From Promethearchaeota archaeon (GTDB taxonomy: Archaea > Asgardarchaeota > Lokiarchaeia > Sigyniarchaeales > SOKP01), in the NCBI GenBank assembly GCA_019057865.1, contig JAHLWP010000005.1, forward strand, positions 1 to 64,000: DNA of 64,000 bases, given 5' to 3'. This document shows, piece by piece, positions 37,213-46,026 of the stretch (the first letter of the stretch is position 1; each line of letters begins with the position of its first letter). The notes below the pieces were generated by a model. That model did not search any database. It was not told where the DNA came from and saw only the letters and a list, made by a program, of their open reading frames with translations. Position numbers and translations under genes: made by a program.

Positions 37213-38460
37213 ATGAATTCTATTATGGTTAAACGTCCTGAATTACTTGCGCCAATCCAAGAATGGAGCTCATTAAAAGCAGTAGGAGGGATAGCAGATG
37301 CTATATATTTTGGAGTAAAGAAATATAGCATGCGCGCAAAGGCAAAAAACTTTAGGAGAGTAGATTTAAGAAAAATTACAGAGTTTTGTCATAACCAAAA
37401 TCCACCTATGAAAGCTTATTTAACTACAAATATTTTAATTTATGATTCCGAACTACAGGATTTGGAAAACTTGATCTTAGAAGCTAAAGAAGCAGACATT
37501 GATGCAATAATTGCTCATGATCTTGCTGTACTCAGAATTGCTAAACAATATAAGATAGATTTTCATATATCAACTCAGGCAAATGTATCTAACATTGAAG
37601 CAGCAAAATTTTATGAAGAATTGGGCGCTGAAAGAATTATTTTAGCAAGAGAACTCTCTTTAAAGCAAATAAAGCTTATAAAACATCACTTATCAAAAAC
37701 TAAGATTGAATGTTTTGTTCACGGTTCGATGTGTACTTCAATTTCAGGAAGATGTTATTTTTCTGCTACTATTTGTGATTCTGAAGAATTTTCTGCAAAT
37801 CGAGGAAATTGCGTCCAACCATGTCGAAGAGAATGGCGAGTTATTGACGATGAGAATAATGAATTCATTTACGATGGTCAAATGTTTTTAAACACAAAAG
37901 ATTTATGTATGATTGAATACATTCCTCAACTTATTGATGCGAATATTGACGCTTTTAAAATAGAAGGTAGAATGAAGGATCCACTTTATGTTAAAACAGT
38001 TACAGAATGTTATAAAGAAGCTCTTGATAGTTTTTTTAATGGAACTTATACAAAAGAAAGAATTAAAAATTGGCTTCAAAGATTATCCAAAGTGTATAAT
38101 CGGGGTTTTCATACTGGATTTTATTTTAGAAAACCTACTATTGAAGATATTCAATTAGAGCAAAGAGGTAATATCTCACCTTATAAAAAACATTATCTTG
38201 GAAAAATTTTATCTTTTGATAAGACTAGTAAAACAGCCAATGTTCTGCTTGAGAGTTTAGAAGTACCATTAAAATTAGGAAATGAAATTATAATTATTGG
38301 AAATAACACTTATTTAACTGAAACCATAAAAAAAATGATTTATAAAGGTGAGAAAATCAAGAGTATTGTAAGGAAAAGATATAGTGATCCAGTAAAAATT
38401 AACTTACGTATTGATAATTGCGAGGCAAACGATAAAATTTATATCATTTCAAAAACATAA
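37213..38460 (+). CDS. Peptidase U32 family Fe-S protein (TrhP-like RNA hydroxylation family)
   Basis: PELLAP, ADAIYFG, HISTQANVSN, RIILAREL, E.FVHGSMC.SISGRC, NRGNC.QPCR and KIEGR.K. Confidence 0.9.
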   Translation: MNSIMVKRPELLAPIQEWSSLKAVGGIADAIYFGVKKYSMRAKAKNFRRVDLRKITEFCHNQNPPMKAYLTTNILIYDSELQDLENLILEAKEADIDAIIAHDLAVLRIAKQYKIDFHISTQANVSNIEAAKFYEELGAERIILARELSLKQIKLIKHHLSKTKIECFVHGSMCTSISGRCYFSATICDSEEFSANRGNCVQPCRREWRVIDDENNEFIYDGQMFLNTKDLCMIEYIPQLIDANIDAFKIEGRMKDPLYVKTVTECYKEALDSFFNGTYTKERIKNWLQRLSKVYNRGFHTGFYFRKPTIEDIQLEQRGNISPYKKHYLGKILSFDKTSKTANVLLESLEVPLKLGNEIIIIGNNTYLTETIKKMIYKGEKIKSIVRKRYSDPVKINLRIDNCEANDKIYIISKT

Positions 38461-38516
38461 TCAAATGATTTTTTCAGACTCCAATCTAATTAGAGAAAAT
38501 ATTATCAGGTATAATT

Positions 38517-39188
38517 ATGACCTTTGAGGAGAAAAGAAGAAGATTGGTTGAAAGTCTTACAAGTCGAAAAATCTTAACAGATCCAAAAGTAGTTAGGGCA
38601 ATGTTAATAGTACCTAGACACAAATTTGTACCTGAAGAAGCTGTTTCTTCTGCTTATATAGATTCTCCTCTATCAATTGGTCAAGGTCAAACAATAAGCG
38701 CACCTCATATGAACGCCATGATGTGTGAATACCTTGAACTTAAAGAGGGTGAAAAGGTTTTAGAAGTTGGAACAGGCTCGGGATATCACGCTGCTTTATG
38801 TGCAGAATTAGTTGCCCCAAAAAATTCAGAATCAAAAGGGCATGTATATACAATTGAACGCCTCAAACAATTAGCTGAAGGAGCTAAACGTAGTTTAAAA
38901 GATACAGGATATGAGAACATTGTAACTGTAATTCATGGTGATGGTACATTAGGATATCCAGAAGCTGCACCATATGATAAGATTTTAGTAACTGCTGCTT
39001 CACCTAGCAAAATTCCTCAACCGCTAAAAGAACAATTAAAAAATGGTGGAGTATTGTGCGTTCCAGCAGGTTCTAAAAATTTTGCCCAAAACTTATATAT
39101 TATTAAAAAAAGAGGAGAAAAATTCGAAACCAAACGTGTTTCTGGAGTAAGATTTGTACCTCTAATTGGAAAATATGGATTTGATTAA
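38517..39188 (+). CDS. pcm: Protein-L-isoaspartate O-methyltransferase
   Basis: VPRHKFVP, GQTISAPHM, VLEVGTGSGY.AA, GDGTLG.PEAAPYD.I.VTAA and VRFVPL.G. Confidence 0.95.
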   Translation: MTFEEKRRRLVESLTSRKILTDPKVVRAMLIVPRHKFVPEEAVSSAYIDSPLSIGQGQTISAPHMNAMMCEYLELKEGEKVLEVGTGSGYHAALCAELVAPKNSESKGHVYTIERLKQLAEGAKRSLKDTGYENIVTVIHGDGTLGYPEAAPYDKILVTAASPSKIPQPLKEQLKNGGVLCVPAGSKNFAQNLYIIKKRGEKFETKRVSGVRFVPLIGKYGFD

Positions 39189-39510
39189 ATTATAGAATAT
39201 TAAATTATAGAATGAAGTAAGTTATTCTTAAAATGAGTTTATTCAGAAAAATTATTTTTTAGCTTTTTTTCCATTAATTTTTTACGAACGCTTTTTACAT
39301 ATTCGTTATTTTGTATCCTATCTTTTATAGATTTGTTATTATAGGCCCAGCCATTACGCTTTTCAAAGTTATTTCCTTTAATTGTAACTCATTCTCTTTT
39401 TTTAATGTTTCTTTACTTTTATTACTACATTAATATTTAAAAAGATAATCAAAACCGACAGAATTCCTCCTATTGCTCACAAAATTGTAAAATATAAAAA
39501 AGTATAAATT

Positions 39511-41682
39511 TTAAAAAATCTTTATTTGGAGGGTAATTTCAAAACTTTTATCTATTTTAATGAGAGGGGAAACATTTATTCCTTGATAGATCTTTTTATA
39601 TCCTTCTTCGGTATATACATATGCAATTATTGGAAATTTATTAATTTTAATTGGACCTACTTTACTCAAAATAGTAAACTCGATATTTAAATCGTAAGAA
39701 TCATCATAAGCTTTAAAATGGGATCCCTCATATTGGAAAGGCTCTAGTAGATCCTTTTCCTTATCATCCTTGAGTTCTACTTGAGCGCTCTCCCATCGGA
39801 ATTTATTTGTATCCCCATTAAAGAAAAAGGGAAGATCAATTGCTAGCTGTAGATTATCAACAATCCTCTCTAGTTCTTCTTCTTGACCAAGGATCTCCTC
39901 AAAATTAACTCTAATTATTGCTTCAATTTGGTTTTCTTCAACATAAATATCTTTTGTAATTAAACAAGGATTTCTAAAATCTGTTTCGGTATCTTTCACC
40001 GTTCCATGTTTTTCCATTTCTAAAATAGCAAGTTTTACATCTTTTTCACTACTCGTAACCTTAAAATTACCGTCAATGAAATCACCAAACTCATGATATT
40101 TATCTATATGTAATTGTTCCAGATTTTCATCTTTGTGTAAAAATCTTATCCGCAACATGCTTCGCCTAAATCTATCTACTAAAACCTCTTTATCTTTAAG
40201 TTTTTTACTTTCATGATATGCTTCTCGCCATCTTGTTAAGGTATTAAGTAAATTATAAGATTTGGGTTTATAGTCTAATTCAAATATCGTCCCACCGTTA
40301 GAGGGATTAATATAAAGATTGAGTATATTTGATTCAATCAAATAATCTGTTTTACTATCTTTATTGAAATCTAAAGGAGTTATATAAATGTATGATTCTA
40401 AAGCTGGAGTTATCAGAGTGTTTATCTCATCAATCAATTTCTCAGCATTAATTAAGTGAGTATATACCGAAAACCTTAAAAATTGTAAATAAACTCCTCC
40501 AAAAACTCCATGCCAATAGCAGTCATTACATTGGGATCTGTATATTTCATCCCACGCTTCATTTATTTTATCTAGAATTTTTGGAATTAAGACCTCATCA
40601 TCAACTCCTATTAGTCGTTCTTCTGCCTTAATAAGTTTTCCTCTTACATAAAGCATTTTTTTGTGCATAATATTAGATTCAGGATATTTTACAAGAAAAT
40701 ATCGCCAAAATCCACCACGGAGAAATTGATATGTCTCTTTCTTTTCTTCATCATCTTTTAGCGATTTTCTTATTCGCTTGAAATTTTTACGAATTTCAGT
40801 AGGTAGAACCCATTCCTCCATCTTATCATAACTTGCTGTTGGAAGATAGACCAAACTTTTTGCCGGAAACTGGTCCATATATTCAGAAAGAGTTATAGAT
40901 TTAATCCATGTATTATTTCTAATTTGTTCGAAAAATGCTGGAATAAACGGCTTGCTCTCATCTCCTTCATCATGACCAAGAACATAACAAATTTCATGTG
41001 TAGTTCCCCAAACACCCATTTTTTCAGCGTCAGATATGAATAAAACACATCTATCACCTTCAATGTCTGCTGCTTTTCGTAAATAATCAATCGACATATA
41101 TGTAGGTTTCCATGGTGTTAAATATCTCAATTTTTCGTTAATTGGGAATATTCGTAATGTTTTTCCTTCATCTTCAGTTATGTATGAATAAAATGTGTCT
41201 TGCTCAGTAATTCCTGTAGAGCGGAAATGATTATCGTCAACCATAACATATTTTAACCCTGCATCACTTAAGAATGAAGGGTAATCTGGCTCCCACACTC
41301 TTTCAGATAACCACGCACCTTTTACTTCAAGGTTAAATTCATTATTTATTAGATTGGTTAATTTTTTAATTTGTGCGATTTTATCTCGATAGGGGATGAT
41401 CGCAAAAATAGGTTCGTAGTAACCACCTCCAATTATCTCTATTTGTCCTCTTTTTGCCATGATTTTAAGTTTGTCTATTGTATCGGGTTTATTTTCAATA
41501 AGCCATTCAAGTATATTTCCAGAAAAATGTAAAGTAAATTTAATTTCTGGAAATAGATATAAATTTTCTACTAAAGGTTCATAAGATTTCTTATATACAT
41601 CCTCATAAATGAAATCTAGTTGATCAACAGGTTGATGAAAGTGAAAAACAATCGGAAGACAAATGGTTTTCTCTTTGGCCAT
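39511..41682 (-). CDS. GH57 alpha-amylase/4-alpha-glucanotransferase
   Basis: HFHQP, GGGYYEPI, G.WLSERVWEP, D.EKMG.W, GG.WR.FL.KYPESN.MHK and QCND.YWHGVFGG.Y. Confidence 0.92.
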   Translation of the reverse strand: MAKEKTICLPIVFHFHQPVDQLDFIYEDVYKKSYEPLVENLYLFPEIKFTLHFSGNILEWLIENKPDTIDKLKIMAKRGQIEIIGGGYYEPIFAIIPYRDKIAQIKKLTNLINNEFNLEVKGAWLSERVWEPDYPSFLSDAGLKYVMVDDNHFRSTGITEQDTFYSYITEDEGKTLRIFPINEKLRYLTPWKPTYMSIDYLRKAADIEGDRCVLFISDAEKMGVWGTTHEICYVLGHDEGDESKPFIPAFFEQIRNNTWIKSITLSEYMDQFPAKSLVYLPTASYDKMEEWVLPTEIRKNFKRIRKSLKDDEEKKETYQFLRGGFWRYFLVKYPESNIMHKKMLYVRGKLIKAEERLIGVDDEVLIPKILDKINEAWDEIYRSQCNDCYWHGVFGGVYLQFLRFSVYTHLINAEKLIDEINTLITPALESYIYITPLDFNKDSKTDYLIESNILNLYINPSNGGTIFELDYKPKSYNLLNTLTRWREAYHESKKLKDKEVLVDRFRRSMLRIRFLHKDENLEQLHIDKYHEFGDFIDGNFKVTSSEKDVKLAILEMEKHGTVKDTETDFRNPCLITKDIYVEENQIEAIIRVNFEEILGQEEELERIVDNLQLAIDLPFFFNGDTNKFRWESAQVELKDDKEKDLLEPFQYEGSHFKAYDDSYDLNIEFTILSKVGPIKINKFPIIAYVYTEEGYKKIYQGINVSPLIKIDKSFEITLQIKIF

Positions 41683-41791
41683 TTTTCATAAAACTCCTAA
41701 ATTCTTTAAGATATTAAGAAATTGGACAATTATTTACAAGATACATCAAACGTTATGATAGTATATCTTTAAAATTTAGAATTAATAAGGT

Positions 41792-44050
41792 TTAACCATT
41801 TAAAAAATAATCTAAATCTAGTTGTTTTCCATTATCATCCTTTTTATTTATTACTTCAAAATTGAAATATTCATAAAAATCTTCTTTAATTAACCCTTTT
41901 TGAATTAAATCTTCTTTTAATTCTTTAGTACTATGAGTGTTAATAGAAGATAAATCATAATTATAGAGCGCCTTTAGTGAATCCAAATCATGATTATAAT
42001 TGAAATCAATTATTTTATTATAAAAATCTTTATCTCTACCTTCTAATCCAATGAGAACTACTCCTAAATTATGACTAATAACTCTCACATTTTCAGGATA
42101 TTTAATCCTATCGTCTACAGGTAAATGTTTAATATCATCATACGGATACCATCTAGTTCCGACAATGACGAGGAGTGTGTCTTCTGATTGATATTTTTCA
42201 ATCTTATTAATAAGGTTTTCATTACCTATATCATTAGTAAAATCAAATTGAGTGCTTTTTACATGATCTAAATTTTTAGGATCTAATTCAAGTTTATCTC
42301 TTAAATATTCCCCGGTTTGAGGGTTTGTTAATCTTTGATGTATAAAATTATTGTCTTCTAGAATTAATCCATCAGGTCTTCTTTTATCGGAATATATATT
42401 TGGTTCTGTATAATATTTCTGCTTATGGATATTGTTAATCGCTCTTGTTAGAAGAGAATTTAAATTTAAATGAGAATAATTTCCAATTTCAAGATTTTCA
42501 TCATAAGGAAATCTTTCTCTATGGGCATCAAGACTATCCTTGAAAACCTCATTCTGAGAAACACTTGAGACTGAAGGTCGACTTACTCCATTTTTTTCGG
42601 CTATTTCTGAAATATTCAGTTTGGTATTTTTGATATCATTTATAATTTCTTTTTTTGTATCAGAAGTAATTGGATCGTAAGGCTTCCAAGTTTTTTCATA
42701 AATTTCTTTAGGGATTGTACTTTTAGCTAGTTTTCGAGTATATTCAGTAGAGACCTTGTACTTTTTTCCAATTTCATTTAAGGAGAGATGATCAGGTTTT
42801 TTAATTTCCTCTTTTAAAGATTGTATTATTTCTAAGGCAATTTCCTTAGGAATTTCAATTGTTAATGGAGACCATATTTTATCATGGAGTTCCTTGGGAA
42901 CTGCTTGTTGGGCAAGTCGTTTAATTGTATCTGAACCCACTTCTGGAAAATCTTTATGAATATCCCTTAAAGTTCTAGGATTTTCTTTCTGAGATTCGTT
43001 TTGAAGAGTTTTTAAGATCTCATTTTTTATTTTGCTAGGTATCTTTTGGATTGCTGGCCATAATTCTTCATATCTATCTGGATATGTATATCTTGCTAAT
43101 TCAAAAATGTATGTATTAGAAACTTCTGGAAAATCTCTTGAAATATTTCTGAGAGAGCGTGGAGATTCTTTTTGAACTTCTTCTCTGAGTGACTCTTTAA
43201 TGCGTTCTCTTGTTTCAGGAGAGACTGTACTCCTTGTGGATGGCCACATTTTTTCATATATTTCTTGGGATATTTCCTTCTTAGCGATTCTGTCTATTTT
43301 TGAGATTTCTGGAAATTCCTTTGCAATTCTATAAAGTGAATCATGTTTAGTTCCCGCATTATATTTTTCTACTTCTTCTTTTAATCTTTCCATTATTCTT
43401 TCTTTTAAATCATTTGGTAAACCTCTAGCCCATCGTTCTTTATGAGAATTTATATCATTTTTATATACTTCTTGAAGAGAAATACTTCCAACTAGTTTGC
43501 GATTAATATATAACCCTACCTCATTCAGCTGATTGGCAATTTCATTTTGAGAAAGACCTGAATTTCGGATTTTATCGTTTAAGAAATTATTGATTTCTTG
43601 TTTATTTTGGATATCTTTTATTCTATTGATAATCTCTGGATCTTTTTCTGTATTTTCGACCCATTCTATGAAATCTTTTTTTAAATTCCTACCATAATTA
43701 GCATATTTCCCTGTTTCATCATAATATTGTCTAAAAGTGTTTTGAATCCTTTCTTTTAATAAGTCATTATAATCTTTAGATCCTTCATTAAAATTATCTA
43801 GAACTAAATTTTTGTGTTCTTCAAATGGTTCTTCAACCTCTTCTTGAGGATTAAAATTAATATATTCTTCAAATGGATCTTCGACCTCTTCTTGAGGATC
43901 AAAATTATTATATTCTTCAAACGGATCTTCAAATTGTTTATGAATTTCCTTATCCTTATCTAAAGTTTTTTCTTCAATCATATCTTCGTCTTTTTCTTCA
44001 TCTATCTCTTCAAAAGTGTCATCATTATAATCGCTACCATATTCACTCAA
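41792..44050 (-). CDS. Modular protein: acidic repeat N-terminus, about six tandem ~62-aa HTH-like repeats and a C-terminal putative PD-(D/E)xK nuclease domain
   Basis: The repeats align as I....K..I...L.EE..K...(R/L)SL..I.K.FP.VS...I..LA....P.E.YE..W. The C-terminus reads IG..SH ... YTE ... RRPDGLI ... QFDFT ... NKIEKY ... LLVIVG. Confidence 0.55.
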   Translation of the reverse strand: MSEYGSDYNDDTFEEIDEEKDEDMIEEKTLDKDKEIHKQFEDPFEEYNNFDPQEEVEDPFEEYINFNPQEEVEEPFEEHKNLVLDNFNEGSKDYNDLLKERIQNTFRQYYDETGKYANYGRNLKKDFIEWVENTEKDPEIINRIKDIQNKQEINNFLNDKIRNSGLSQNEIANQLNEVGLYINRKLVGSISLQEVYKNDINSHKERWARGLPNDLKERIMERLKEEVEKYNAGTKHDSLYRIAKEFPEISKIDRIAKKEISQEIYEKMWPSTRSTVSPETRERIKESLREEVQKESPRSLRNISRDFPEVSNTYIFELARYTYPDRYEELWPAIQKIPSKIKNEILKTLQNESQKENPRTLRDIHKDFPEVGSDTIKRLAQQAVPKELHDKIWSPLTIEIPKEIALEIIQSLKEEIKKPDHLSLNEIGKKYKVSTEYTRKLAKSTIPKEIYEKTWKPYDPITSDTKKEIINDIKNTKLNISEIAEKNGVSRPSVSSVSQNEVFKDSLDAHRERFPYDENLEIGNYSHLNLNSLLTRAINNIHKQKYYTEPNIYSDKRRPDGLILEDNNFIHQRLTNPQTGEYLRDKLELDPKNLDHVKSTQFDFTNDIGNENLINKIEKYQSEDTLLVIVGTRWYPYDDIKHLPVDDRIKYPENVRVISHNLGVVLIGLEGRDKDFYNKIIDFNYNHDLDSLKALYNYDLSSINTHSTKELKEDLIQKGLIKEDFYEYFNFEVINKKDDNGKQLDLDYFLNG
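43817..43930. repeat. 48-bp intragenic tandem repeat (about 2.4 copies; encodes EDPFEEY.NF.PQEEV)
   Basis: Units start at 43817, 43865 and 43913, each beginning TTCTTCAAA(T/C)GG. Confidence 0.85.
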
Positions 44051-44561
44051 TTAAAATCACAAGCATTTATTTAATTTTTAATAGATATTAATTTGAAAAT
44101 AATTAAAGAAAAATCTTAGTTCAATCGAAGAATCCTTGTTTCAATATTCTCATTCAAAGAATTCGTAATTTTTTTTTTTTAAAAATCATAGTTATTCATC
44201 TAAATTTTTAGAGAAAATACTAGATTAATATCTTATATTTTATTTAGGTTAGAAAAAGTTATAAAATTCCTCAGACTTTTAATTTAGTAATATTTACTAA
44301 ATCTATAGAAATATGGCTGATGAAATCGCATTTTTCCATTAGTTTAATATAAGTAAAAGAGGATTACTTATAAAAAATAACATTATTAATATTAATTTTT
44401 TGTGTCTATACTAAGGGAAACTGAGACGATAACTAAAATTCAATAAAAATACAAATTTTATTAGTGTACATTAATTTAATTGATCATTGCATTTTCTGGA
44501 TTTGGTATTTTTCAAAACCACAAATCTATATTTTGTAATATTGAACTCTTAAGTAGATGAC

Positions 44562-45872
44562 TTGCATATGTTCACAAAATTTAAACGTACATATAACGAA
44601 TATCCCAATGCATTTAAAGTGCTGACTCTCGCTACTTTCATTGACAGATTAGGAGGCTTTTTATTATTTCCTTTTTTTGCGTTGTATATAACCGATCATT
44701 TTGGAGTGGGGATGACCGAAGTAGGAATTCTATTTGCGATCTTCTCGGGAGGAAGTATACTCGGTAGTGCTATTGGAGGAGCATTATCAGATAAATATGG
44801 TCGTCGGGTGATGGTCCTATTTGGTTTGGTTTTAAGCGGGATTGGAAGTATTTTAATGGGATTGGTCAATGATTTGACTATTTTTTTCATACTCGCTGCA
44901 TTTTTAGGTGTTTTTGGCTCTTTTGGTGGTCCTGCACGACAAGCAATGGTAGTAGATTTACTTCCAACAGAGAAACAAGCAGAAGGATTTGGAATTCTAC
45001 GAGTGGCAGTTAATCTTTCAGCAACGATCGGTCCTATTTTTGGTGGATTTTTAGCGACCCAATCTTTTATGATGTTATTTATTGGGGATGCTGTGAGCAG
45101 CTTAATTACCGCATTTATTGTTTATGGTGTCATTCCTGAGACGAAACCTCAAAAACTTGATGGCATACCAGAAGAAACAGTAGCAAAAACCTTTAAAGGA
45201 TATAAAGAAGTGTTAAACGATTGGGTATTTGTGGTATTTCTCGCTGTGTCTGCCATAACAGTGTTAGTATATATGCAAATGGTTAGCACACTTTCGGTAT
45301 TCTTACGGGACGTTCACGGGTTCCCACCAGAGGGTTTTGGTTTGTTGGTAAGTATGAACGCGGCTATGGTGGTGCTATTTCAATTCTGGATAACTAGGAA
45401 GATTTCAAAGTATGCTCCCATGAAGATGATAGCCGTTGGAACACTGTTTTATATGATTGGCTTTGGGATGTTTGGTTTTGTCTCTACGATATACATGTTT
45501 TTCATCGCTATGGCAATTCTCACGGTGGGAGAGATGATTGCAATGCCTATTGGGCAAACTGCAGCTGCATCTTTTGCTCCTGAAGATAAGCGAGGACGGT
45601 ATATGGCGGTGTATGGTTTCCATTGGGCTATTCCAACTCTTTTTGGGGTTTATGCCGCCGGATTAGTTATGGATAATATTAGCCCATACTTGGTGTGGTA
45701 TTTAGCGGGGATTCTGTCTCTGATTTCAGCGATAGGATTTTGGCTACTCCATGGTCCTACCAAAAAGCGCTTTTCAAAAGTAATGGAAGCTCCAAAAATA
45801 ATAGAAGCTCCGAAAGTAATGGAAGCTCCAAAAGTAATAGAACCCATAAAAGAAGATTTGCATGAACTATGA
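44562..45872 (+). CDS. MFS transporter (MDR/YqjV-MdtH-like)
   Basis: Motif A reads GGALSDKYGRR, with N....IGP..GG, ILT.GEM...P and AP...RGRYM. The start is probably the ATG at 44568. Confidence 0.92.
   Translation: MHMFTKFKRTYNEYPNAFKVLTLATFIDRLGGFLLFPFFALYITDHFGVGMTEVGILFAIFSGGSILGSAIGGALSDKYGRRVMVLFGLVLSGIGSILMGLVNDLTIFFILAAFLGVFGSFGGPARQAMVVDLLPTEKQAEGFGILRVAVNLSATIGPIFGGFLATQSFMMLFIGDAVSSLITAFIVYGVIPETKPQKLDGIPEETVAKTFKGYKEVLNDWVFVVFLAVSAITVLVYMQMVSTLSVFLRDVHGFPPEGFGLLVSMNAAMVVLFQFWITRKISKYAPMKMIAVGTLFYMIGFGMFGFVSTIYMFFIAMAILTVGEMIAMPIGQTAAASFAPEDKRGRYMAVYGFHWAIPTLFGVYAAGLVMDNISPYLVWYLAGILSLISAIGFWLLHGPTKKRFSKVMEAPKIIEAPKVMEAPKVIEPIKEDLHEL
45777..45848 (+). repeat. 18-bp tandem repeat, four copies, in the MFS C-terminal tail (KVMEAP/KIIEAP/KVMEAP/KVIEPI)
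   Basis: AAAGTAATGGAAGCTCCA, AAAATAATAGAAGCTCCG, AAAGTAATGGAAGCTCCA, AAAGTAATAGAACCCATA. Confidence 0.9.
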
Positions 45873-46026
45873 TATTATTAGTGACTACAGATTTCTTTAC
45901 TAGTTTAATATAGTTTTATTGCAAATATTCCAAAATATATAAAGTTTAAATTTAAATTATGGAGATATTAGTAAAAGATTTTTACTTATAAAAGATAACT
46001 AATTATAACACTGAAGATTGGATTAA

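Noticed and set aside
39230-39480. Possible degraded minus-strand coding remnant (…ELQLKEITLKSVMAGPIITNL*) between pcm and GH57
   Set aside because: It is short, interrupted by stops and has no convincing family match, so it cannot be supported.
41683-44560. Transposon or IS boundaries around the HTH-repeat nuclease-like gene
   Set aside because: I could not find terminal inverted repeats, target-site duplications or a DDE/HUH/tyrosine recombinase motif by eye, so it is not annotated as a mobile element.
43817-45848. Short tandem repeats considered as a CRISPR array
   Set aside because: The 48-bp and 18-bp repeats are head-to-tail, in-frame coding repeats without unique spacers, and no cas genes are present.
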